Positions 55,380-64,000 of a DNA stretch of 64,000 nt are shown here, one piece after another (position 1 is the stretch's first letter; every line of letters starts with the position of its first letter). A model generated the notes under the pieces. That model saw only the letters and a list, made by a program, of their open reading frames with translations, made no database searches and was not told the origin of the DNA. Source of the DNA: Terriglobia bacterium (GTDB lineage Bacteria; Acidobacteriota; Terriglobia; Terriglobales; Acidobacteriaceae); NCBI GenBank assembly GCA_963727085.1, contig CAVSER010000006.1, forward strand, positions 14,537 through 78,536, in the 5' to 3' direction. Made by a program: the position numbers and the translations under genes.

Positions 55380-56432
55380 ATGTCCGCTCGATCGTTTGGC
55401 AAGGCCGCGTTGTTCCTGATACTCGCCCTTGCAGCCAGCAACACACTTGCGCAATATCGCGAAGTCAATCTGGTTTCGACTTCCTCACGAACAACGCCTC
55501 ACAACGATGCGAACCTGGTGAACGGCTGGGGAGTTGCATTCTTCCCGGGCTCTCCCTTCTGGATCTCCGATAACGTCACAGGAAAGTCCACACTCTACGA
55601 CCAGTTCGGCAACATCATTCCGCTGGTCGTGACGATTCCCCCGGCGCCGAGCCAGCCTTTCGGTCCCGTCGGCACTCCCACCGGAATTATCGCGAACCCG
55701 ACGCAGGGGTTCGTGGTTACGGAAAATGGGGTTTCAGGGCCGTCGGCGTTTGTCTTCGCAACCTTGGATGGCACGATCAGTGGATGGGCTCCGAATGTTG
55801 ACTTGACCAATGCGATCGTCGCAGTCGACAACTCGGCATCGTTCGCGCTGTACACCGGCCTGGCATACGCGCAGACGGGTCCGCAGGTGCTGATCTATGC
55901 GGCGGACGCGGTCAATAACAAGGTCGATATGTACAACACGAATTTCAAATGGATCAAGTCGTTTAGCGATCCGAATCCTCCCGCCGGATTGTCGGTGTAC
56001 GGCGTGCAGAACATCAACAATCAGATCTATGTAACCTACGCCAGCCCCGTGCCGTTCTCGGGCGGTGCGATCGATGTGTTCAGCGTAACCGGGGTCTTCA
56101 TGAAGCGCCTGAGCACGAACGGTCCGGCTGGACCGCTCCAGGGTGCTTGGGGAATGGCGATGTCGCCCGGCAACTTCGGTCCGTTCAGCAATGCGCTGCT
56201 GGTCGGAAACGTAGACAACGGACACATCAACGCGTTCGATCCCAATACTGGAAATTTCCTTGGCTCACTCAAGAACACGATGGGCGAAGACTTCCACATC
56301 GGCGGTCTTTGGGCCCTCGCCTTCGGAGATGGAGATCCAGTCACCGGATCGAAGAACAACCTGTTCTTCGCGGCAGGACCTGCCGGATACACGCAGGGAC
56401 TGTTCGGGAAGATTCTTCCTCCTGTGAACTGA
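55380..56432 (+). CDS. TIGR03118-family secreted protein
   Basis: Signal peptide. NLVSTSSRTTPHNDANLVNGWGVAFFPGSPFWISDNVTGKSTLY matches my recollection of the TIGR03118 N-terminal signature. Confidence 0.6.
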   Translation: MSARSFGKAALFLILALAASNTLAQYREVNLVSTSSRTTPHNDANLVNGWGVAFFPGSPFWISDNVTGKSTLYDQFGNIIPLVVTIPPAPSQPFGPVGTPTGIIANPTQGFVVTENGVSGPSAFVFATLDGTISGWAPNVDLTNAIVAVDNSASFALYTGLAYAQTGPQVLIYAADAVNNKVDMYNTNFKWIKSFSDPNPPAGLSVYGVQNINNQIYVTYASPVPFSGGAIDVFSVTGVFMKRLSTNGPAGPLQGAWGMAMSPGNFGPFSNALLVGNVDNGHINAFDPNTGNFLGSLKNTMGEDFHIGGLWALAFGDGDPVTGSKNNLFFAAGPAGYTQGLFGKILPPVN

Positions 56433-56450
56433 GGAATTCTCAATCCTCCA

Positions 56451-56480
56451 CCCCGCGGCCGTTGGAGGCCGCGGGGTTTT
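56451..56480 (+). terminator. Rho-independent terminator
   Basis: 10-bp stem ccccgcggcc / ggccgcgggg, loop gttgga, then tttt. 19 nt after the stop at 56432. Confidence 0.85.
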
Positions 56481-56600
56481 CGTTTGAGTTGCGGCTTTCG
56501 AGGCGGAAATCTATCGAGAATGAACGCCTCGCAGAAACTGTCCCAGCCCACGATCGTTCAGTTTAGAATGGCTGCGCATCTTCCGAGGCCAAGGACAACC

Positions 56601-57533
56601 ATGCGCAAGATCCCAGTTGTCATCGCCGCGTTTTTTCTGCTGCTCAACTTCGCCACCGCCCAGGATCAGGACTACAGCAAAGTACAGATGAAGGTCACAA
56701 AGGTGGCTGGAATCGTCTACCTGCTCGAAGGCGCTGATGCAGGAAATATTGGTGCGTCCGTGGGAGACGACGGAATCGTCATTGTTGACGATCAGTACGC
56801 TCCGCTGGCCGACAAGATTCAGGCCGCTCTCAGGAGCATCACCGACAAGCCGATTCGCTTCATCATCAATACGCACTATCACGGCGACCACACCGGCGGG
56901 AACGCCTACTTCCAAAAGCAGGCGCCCATTATTGCGCAGGACAACGTGCGAAAGCGCCTGGAAACGGGAGGCCCTGCCGGCAACGGAGGTTCGGTGCATT
57001 TCGAAGCGAAGCCTGCGCCCAAGGAAGCCCTGCCCATCATCACCTTCGACCATGACGTCACGGTGCATCTCAACGGCGAGGACATTCGCGCGCTTTACTT
57101 CCCCGCGGGCCACACCGATGGCGACTCGGTGATCTTTTTTCCGAAGTCCAACGTCGTTCACATGGGAGACGACTTCGTGACATACGGCTTCCCCTTCATC
57201 GACGTAGACAGCGGGGGCAGCATCGATGGCATGATTGACGGTGTTGAGAAGGTGCTCGCGCAGGTTCCTTCAGACGTGAAGATTATTCCTGGCCACGGAC
57301 CGGTGTCGGGGGTTGAAGATGTGAAGGCTTACCTCGGCATGCTCAAGGCCACGCGTGACGAAGTCGCGAAAGCGATCAAGACCGGCAAGACCCTCGACCA
57401 AATGAAAGAGGCGAAGCTGCTTGATCCCTGGAAGAGGTACTCAGGCGACTTCATCAGCGCAGACGCATTTCTCGAGACGCTTTACAATTCACTTACCGGC
57501 CAAAAGAACGGAAAATTCATCAAGCATAATTAG
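56601..57533 (+). CDS. MBL-fold metallo-hydrolase, secreted
   Basis: ATG 56601 gives the signal MRKIPVVIAAFFLLLNFATAQ. HxHxDH motif NTHYHGDHTGGN, later PAGHTDGD and PGHGP. Confidence 0.8.
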   Translation: MRKIPVVIAAFFLLLNFATAQDQDYSKVQMKVTKVAGIVYLLEGADAGNIGASVGDDGIVIVDDQYAPLADKIQAALRSITDKPIRFIINTHYHGDHTGGNAYFQKQAPIIAQDNVRKRLETGGPAGNGGSVHFEAKPAPKEALPIITFDHDVTVHLNGEDIRALYFPAGHTDGDSVIFFPKSNVVHMGDDFVTYGFPFIDVDSGGSIDGMIDGVEKVLAQVPSDVKIIPGHGPVSGVEDVKAYLGMLKATRDEVAKAIKTGKTLDQMKEAKLLDPWKRYSGDFISADAFLETLYNSLTGQKNGKFIKHN

Positions 57534-57571
57534 GCTGGCGGGCGTTCAATCCTCGGGAGTCCTGGTCTTCT

Positions 57572-59083
57572 TTGCGTCTGAATCGACGAAGGTTTCTGCA
57601 ATCCGCGCTGGCCAGTGGAGCAGTGGCGGCGCTTCCTGCAGGTTTCCTGTCGGGCTGCACGGTTTCATCCAAGACCGCGGTCCCGGCGTCCGCGAGTTCG
57701 AATCCTTCCGCACCCAACTTCCCAGCACAGGCTGTCTTTCCTAAAGGCTTTTTGTGGGGCACAGCCACGGCCTCCTATCAGATCGAAGGCGCGTGGACTG
57801 AAGACGGCAAAGGCGAGTCGATCTGGGACCGCTTCACCCATACGCCGGGCACCATCAAGAACGGCGACACGGGAGATATCGCGTGCGATTCGTACCATCG
57901 CTGGCGCGAAGACATCGCGCTGATGAAGGCTATGAATCTGAACAGCTATCGCTTCTCGATTGCGTGGCCGCGAATTCAGGCGACGGGTACGGGCCCCGCG
58001 AATCCTAAAGGCATCGATTCCTACAGCCGAATCGTAGACGCGCTACTCGAGGCGCGCATCCGCCCCATGGTTACGCTGTATCACTGGGACCTTCCGCAAG
58101 CGCTACAGGATTCGGGCGGATGGACGAACCGAGAGATGGTCGGGCGCTTTTCGGATTACGTCCAGCTGGTTGGAAAAGCGCTCGGCGACCGCGTTTCCGA
58201 CTGGATGCTTTTCAACGAGCCTGCGGCGTTCACGGACTTGGGATACCTTGATGGCACGCACGCCCCAGGGCACAAGAGTATTCTCGAATTCCTGCGTGCG
58301 ACACATGTTGTGAATCTGGCGCAGGGCGAGAGCTTTCGCGCGCTTAGATCTGTGCGGCCGACTGCGCGAGTGGGAACGGCGTTGAGTATGTCTCCCTGCG
58401 AGCCGGCGACGAATTCCGAAGCCGACCAGCTCGCAGCCACTCGTGCCCACGCCATTACGAATATCTGGTTCCTTGAACCTGCTCTGCGGGGACGCTATCC
58501 GGAAGCCCTGACGTTCTTGCCCGAGACCGCCATGCGCATCAAGTCGGGAGATATGGAGAAGGTTCGCGCGCCCCTCGATTTTGTTGGCATCAATCTCTAC
58601 TACCGGACGATGGCGTCGTCTCCAGGAACCGTGGAACGCGTCGGCCACGCGCAGAACTGGCTTTTCCCTGTGAAGATGGAAGGTGGCCAGCAAGGCCCGA
58701 AGACCGACATTGGCTGGGAGGTCTGGCCGAAAGCTCTATATGACATGGTTATGCGCATTACGCGCGATTACAACCGCCCCGTCCTCGAAATCACAGAAAG
58801 TGGTTGTGCCTACAACGACGAACCTGATTCCGGCGGAGCAATTCCCGACCTGCGCCGCATCGCCTACCACCGGGAGTACCTGGGTGCGCTGGCAAAGTCG
58901 ATCGCCGATGGCGCCGACGTACGCAGCTATCACGCGTGGAGTTTGATGGATAATTTCGAATGGGCGGAAGGGTACAGCCAGCGCTTTGGCCTTGCTTACA
59001 TTGATTTCAAAACGCAGAAGCGGACGATCAAAGAGTCAGGCAGGTGGTACGCGCAAGTTGCAGCTGGCAACAAAATCGATTGA
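57572..59083 (+). CDS. GH1 beta-glucosidase with Tat-type signal
   Basis: RRRFLQSALASGAVAA twin-arginine signal. FPKGFLWGTATASYQIEGAW, ...LFNEPA... (acid/base), ...ITESGCA... (nucleophile). Confidence 0.9.
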   Translation: MRLNRRRFLQSALASGAVAALPAGFLSGCTVSSKTAVPASASSNPSAPNFPAQAVFPKGFLWGTATASYQIEGAWTEDGKGESIWDRFTHTPGTIKNGDTGDIACDSYHRWREDIALMKAMNLNSYRFSIAWPRIQATGTGPANPKGIDSYSRIVDALLEARIRPMVTLYHWDLPQALQDSGGWTNREMVGRFSDYVQLVGKALGDRVSDWMLFNEPAAFTDLGYLDGTHAPGHKSILEFLRATHVVNLAQGESFRALRSVRPTARVGTALSMSPCEPATNSEADQLAATRAHAITNIWFLEPALRGRYPEALTFLPETAMRIKSGDMEKVRAPLDFVGINLYYRTMASSPGTVERVGHAQNWLFPVKMEGGQQGPKTDIGWEVWPKALYDMVMRITRDYNRPVLEITESGCAYNDEPDSGGAIPDLRRIAYHREYLGALAKSIADGADVRSYHAWSLMDNFEWAEGYSQRFGLAYIDFKTQKRTIKESGRWYAQVAAGNKID

Positions 59084-59116
59084 AGATGGCAGATCGCAAC
59101 TTTAAGCCAGCGAAGC

Positions 59117-59764
59117 CTACTTACCCTGCATCACGAGTTCACCGTTTTCCACTTTCATGGATCCCACATTGTCAGGAAGTTTCAGTCGATCGCGCTGTTC
59201 GGCCAGCTTCTTTTGCAGCGCTGGATTCACCAGCGAGACAGGAATACTGAGATCTCCAACCTTGAACTCAGTTGCCTCGAAAGTTGCGTAACCATCTTTC
59301 TCGCCCAGATGTCCCGAGACCGTGACCCAAACGTCCTTGCCGGCGATTTCAGTGAGGAATTGTCCGTGAACCAGATCACCGTCAAAACTGATTTGCTGAT
59401 CTTTGATTGCGGGCGCTCCGCTGCCGATATTGGAGTCTGGTTTGAGTTCGCCGTTCCCGAGGGCTTGCGCCAATACAGCCGCGACTTCGTCGGAATTGAT
59501 ATGGACCTCGGGCTTGCTATCCAAGGCCTGCTTTGCAGCCGGCCCGGCATCCAGCTTTGCGACCGAAGATGTGGTGGCGAGCTGGGACTGGGTCGCCTGC
59601 TGGAAATCGGCCATCTTCTGATCGAAGGCTTGCGCGTGCTCCGCGACCGCGGCAGGGGCCTGCTTTTGCGCGACCGGTGCTGGTTTCTTCAAAACGAGCA
59701 CGATGGCCACAAGCGATGCCAGGAGAGTGGCAATACTGATGATGCGGTCCCATTTTATCTTCAT
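59117..59764 (-). CDS. Hypothetical membrane-anchored protein
   Basis: N-terminal TM IISIATLLASLVAIVLVL. 215 aa. No family recognised. Confidence 0.55.
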   Translation of the reverse strand: MKIKWDRIISIATLLASLVAIVLVLKKPAPVAQKQAPAAVAEHAQAFDQKMADFQQATQSQLATTSSVAKLDAGPAAKQALDSKPEVHINSDEVAAVLAQALGNGELKPDSNIGSGAPAIKDQQISFDGDLVHGQFLTEIAGKDVWVTVSGHLGEKDGYATFEATEFKVGDLSIPVSLVNPALQKKLAEQRDRLKLPDNVGSMKVENGELVMQGK

Positions 59765-59848
59765 GATGCTCTATGCTACCGGGCGCCAAGTGGGGAGATC
59801 AGATGACCGAAGTCATACGTAGTCCATGGAACTCTGGGACGAACCTGG

Positions 59849-61324
<1,476 letters not shown>

Positions 61325-61417
61325 AGAGGAACGATTATAAAGCGCGGAAATTCGGAAACCACGAAGGGAATCCTTTATCACTTGCTTCGTAAGGGTGGGT
61401 GCGGCTCGCGGTAATTA

Positions 61418-62074
61418 TTAAGGATTAACCGGCGCGCTCAGATACTGCTCCATCGGAATCTCGAAGAACATCAATTCGTTGCCCTTTCCATCGGAGAGGC
61501 CCGTCACGTCGATATTCGCTCCCCGCAGCGGAGAGTTGATGCCGCCGACGTCGAAGAACAGGAATCCGGACTGAGTCGTGTGCGGTTCGACCGCTCTGGC
61601 TGCGAACTGCGCGGCGTCGATTTCGTCCATCTGCTTCTTGCTGATACCGCCCTTCACCTTGTGCGGAAGAGGAATCGGACTGGGCCGCGTCGAGGACTGC
61701 GGATTGGTGAGACGGCGATACAAGTCATCCGTGTTGACCGGAGTAAGCTTTGACCGGTTCCCCGTGATCAGCACAATCTCCATGTGCGCAATCGAGACAG
61801 GCTGGTCGCCATCATTCGTCACAACGAAGAAGACCGGCAGGAATCCGTGCTCGGCGAAATCGATGGTGAAGATCTTTGCCTTCTCATCGGTATCGTAGGG
61901 ATCGGCGCCGATCGCGACTTTCTCGTCACGGTGAACGTCATGAGCGGGATAGTTGAATGCCGGCTTCGCCTCCGGTTTCACGAAGGTTTTCGAGGCGAGC
62001 ACCGCTGGAACGAACACGCCCGCGCAGAGCGCAAGCACAAGAAAGCCGCTACTCGATCGCAAAGACAGACGCAT
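61418..62074 (-). CDS. Hypothetical secreted protein
   Basis: Signal peptide MRLSLRSSSGFLVLALCAGVFVPAVLA. 218 aa. Confidence 0.55.
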   Translation of the reverse strand: MRLSLRSSSGFLVLALCAGVFVPAVLASKTFVKPEAKPAFNYPAHDVHRDEKVAIGADPYDTDEKAKIFTIDFAEHGFLPVFFVVTNDGDQPVSIAHMEIVLITGNRSKLTPVNTDDLYRRLTNPQSSTRPSPIPLPHKVKGGISKKQMDEIDAAQFAARAVEPHTTQSGFLFFDVGGINSPLRGANIDVTGLSDGKGNELMFFEIPMEQYLSAPVNP

Positions 62075-62225
62075 GCGCCCATTATAGGTTCAAGGCGTGA
62101 CGGCTCTGCACGAAATTCGGGAGGGGGCCTGAGCTAAAGCCGAAAACAGCTTTAAAACAGAATCGACCCACTCCACGACTGGTTGATCGTGAGTGGGTCA
62201 ACAGCTCAAGCAAAGGCTGACCTGT

Positions 62226-62816
62226 TTACATCACCACAAAAAGCGCAATCCGGATTCCAGGATGCAGAACATCGAAGAGGAAATATTCTCCATCGATGTA
62301 GTCCACATAGCAATCGTCGGTGTAAGCCCAGTCTCCCGGCCATGCATCGATGAAAACGAACGAGTAGCCCCCATAGTAGAAACCGGGCTGGCCCTGAACT
62401 ATGACTGGGCGCTGAACAACAAAGGTGTGGGGGCGGCCGAAGCTCGAGCGGAACTTGTCCTCGGGAATATGAGCGCTCTTGCCCGCCGGGCGACCAGCGT
62501 GCTGGCCATTATTCATTGGCTGGTCGGACTTCATCTGCTCCCGTGACCGTTTTTCCTCCTGCTTCTGTTCCTTCTTTTCCTGTTTCGACGGCTTCGATTC
62601 CTCCTGCCGGGGCGCCCTCATGTCGCCTTGCCCTGCTTCGGGACGAGATTGTTCCTGCTGAGGCGCCTTCATGTCACCTTGCTTCGCTTCGGGACGAGGC
62701 TCTTCCTGCCGCTGGGGCAGTTCTGGTTGTCGTTTTTCATCCTGTGCGTTCAGGGCCACCGAACCTGCAACCAGGATGCAAAGGGTACTTACGTGAAGAA
62801 ATCGCAAAGCTCGCAT
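62226..62816 (-). CDS. Hypothetical secreted protein with charged tandem repeat
   Basis: ATG 62816 gives the signal MRALRFLHVSTLCILVAGSVALNAQ. Duplicated 17-aa unit RPEAKQGDMKAPQQEQS / RPEAGQGDMRAPRQEES. Aromatic C-terminal domain. Confidence 0.55.
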   Translation of the reverse strand: MRALRFLHVSTLCILVAGSVALNAQDEKRQPELPQRQEEPRPEAKQGDMKAPQQEQSRPEAGQGDMRAPRQEESKPSKQEKKEQKQEEKRSREQMKSDQPMNNGQHAGRPAGKSAHIPEDKFRSSFGRPHTFVVQRPVIVQGQPGFYYGGYSFVFIDAWPGDWAYTDDCYVDYIDGEYFLFDVLHPGIRIALFVVM

Positions 62817-63267
62817 CAGATCCTCCAATAATTCCTGAATGAGCTGCTACGACGGGCCAAGCGACCTGCATGACGCAGTTCGCAAACTGCTCTGAATAAG
62901 ATGCCTATGCAACCCACGGAAGAGCGTCCGCACAACCCTGTAAATTGGCTGGGGGAAGTATGTAAGTCATTCGTGGGGACGGACATCCGCGGATTTATGA
63001 ATGGGCCTGCGTAACTAAATCGGGGAAGCAGGGTTTGAAACTGGGCGGAATGAGGCTTCTTCGCAGGGTCCTAGCCGCAGGTATATACTCTTGACGTTAG
63101 TTACTCCTCTCCAACCGAGCCCCAGACGGTTGGAAACGGGGCGTGCATTCATCCCCTAATTTATGCGCCCCGCATGCGCAGGGCCGGCTCCCGCTGGGGC
63201 GGCGGGAATTGGCACGGGTGCACAACCCAAGTAATAAGGGATCGTTGCATCCGCGGGGAGGTTTACC

Positions 63268-64000
63268 GTGGATATTATCTTTGTCCGTCTTCTTTTTGTA
63301 ATCGTTGTAGCAGCCACTTGCTTCGCAATCAATCCTTTTGGACTTTCTCCGATCCGGGACGCGGGTTTAGGCGCGTGCATCGGTGCAGCCATCGTTCTGT
63401 TCGAATGGAAGCTGCGCACGGTCAGCCTCAAGCGCCTGATCGGAGCGGCCATCGGGAGCATCCTCGGAATCTGCGGGGCGTATCTGTTCGCGCTCGTCAT
63501 CCGCAGCAGCATTCCCGAAGGGCACACCCAGAGCTTTCTCCAGATCCTGGTCATGTTGCTGATGGCTTACGTTGGGCTGATCGTTGGCGCCAACAAGGGC
63601 GATCTGCTGAACTTGTCGGCGCTGGGAGGGATCTTTGGTGGCGAGAAGCAGGGGAAAAAGAGCTACAAGATTCTCGATACCAGTGTGATCATCGATGGCC
63701 GCATCGCTGACATCGCTGAGACTGGCTTCCTGGATGGAGTCATCGTCACCCCGCAGTTCGTATTGCGTGAACTGCAACTGGTGGCCGACTCCGCCGACTC
63801 GCTCAAGCGAAATCGGGGACGCCGGGGCCTCGACATTCTGCAGCGGTTGCAGAAGGTCGCAAACCTCCAGATCCAGATTGTGGAAGATGATTTTCCAGCA
63901 GTCCGCGAAGTGGACCTGAAGCTTATCGAACTCGCCAAGGTGTATGAAGGCAAGATCATCACCAACGACTTCAACCTGAATAAAGTCGCGCAGCTTCAGG
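63268..64000 (+). CDS. PIN/TRAM domain membrane protein (YacL-like), 3' end beyond window
   Basis: Not in the ORF track because there is no stop in the window. RBS ggggag before GTG 63268. [20 protein letters not shown]... gives 4 TM helices, then [43 protein letters not shown]...[17 protein letters not shown] (PIN domain). Confidence 0.8.
   Translation, partial: MDIIFVRLLFVIVVAATCFAINPFGLSPIRDAGLGACIGAAIVLFEWKLRTVSLKRLIGAAIGSILGICGAYLFALVIRSSIPEGHTQSFLQILVMLLMAYVGLIVGANKGDLLNLSALGGIFGGEKQGKKSYKILDTSVIIDGRIADIAETGFLDGVIVTPQFVLRELQLVADSADSLKRNRGRRGLDILQRLQKVANLQIQIVEDDFPAVREVDLKLIELAKVYEGKIITNDFNLNKVAQLQ

Noticed and set aside
57688-57715. tRNA-like T-loop sequence gcgagTTCGAATCCttccgc
   Set aside because: It lies inside the GH1 coding frame (signal/linker region), and no complementary T-stem or acceptor stem could be drawn around it. 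No other tRNA-like sequence was found in the intergenic regions.

Overview
GC-rich bacterial chromosomal window centred on the replication-origin neighbourhood. jag-yidC-yidD-rnpA-rpmH lie on the minus strand (13.9-17.5 kb) and face dnaA-dnaN on the plus strand (18.3-21.1 kb). The gene content (many secreted or lipoprotein hypotheticals, VWA, GloVer-repeat, TIGR03118, Ser/Thr kinase-TPR, FtsX/MacB-type permeases) and the dense intergenic palindromic repeats look Acidobacteriota-like; this is inference only. About 55 protein genes are supportable. Two are absent from the ORF track: rpmH (under 60 aa) and a 3'-open PIN/TRAM gene at the window end. I saw no rRNA, tRNA or CRISPR array. Mobile content is two unrelated IS110-family (DEDD) transposase genes bracketing a VWA gene (7.9-12.4 kb). 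Main observations: (1) a Bcp/PrxQ peroxiredoxin has an in-frame TGA at its peroxidatic Cys codon, followed by a SECIS-like hairpin, which makes it a candidate selenoprotein that the ORF track splits in two. (2) The IS110 elements have long structured non-coding flanks (candidate bridge/seek guide RNAs) and share a 15-mer at their left sides. (3) A secreted collagen-like (G-X-Y)n protein with a C-terminal globular domain is split by a 1-nt frameshift and sits 2 nt upstream of a clan GH-A-like glycosidase gene. (4) Several other genes are disrupted: a Ser/Thr kinase-TPR with a frameshift plus an in-frame TGA, a frameshifted DUF4440 gene, and an ExbD remnant. This is either gene decay or assembly error. 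(5) There are at least two multi-copy REP-like repeat families, and one seeds a strict 17-nt tandem array. (6) A candidate oriC (DnaA-box cluster plus AT-rich tract) lies in the dnaA-dnaN spacer. I did not find a convincing multi-gene novel system; the items above are single-locus candidates and their limits are stated.
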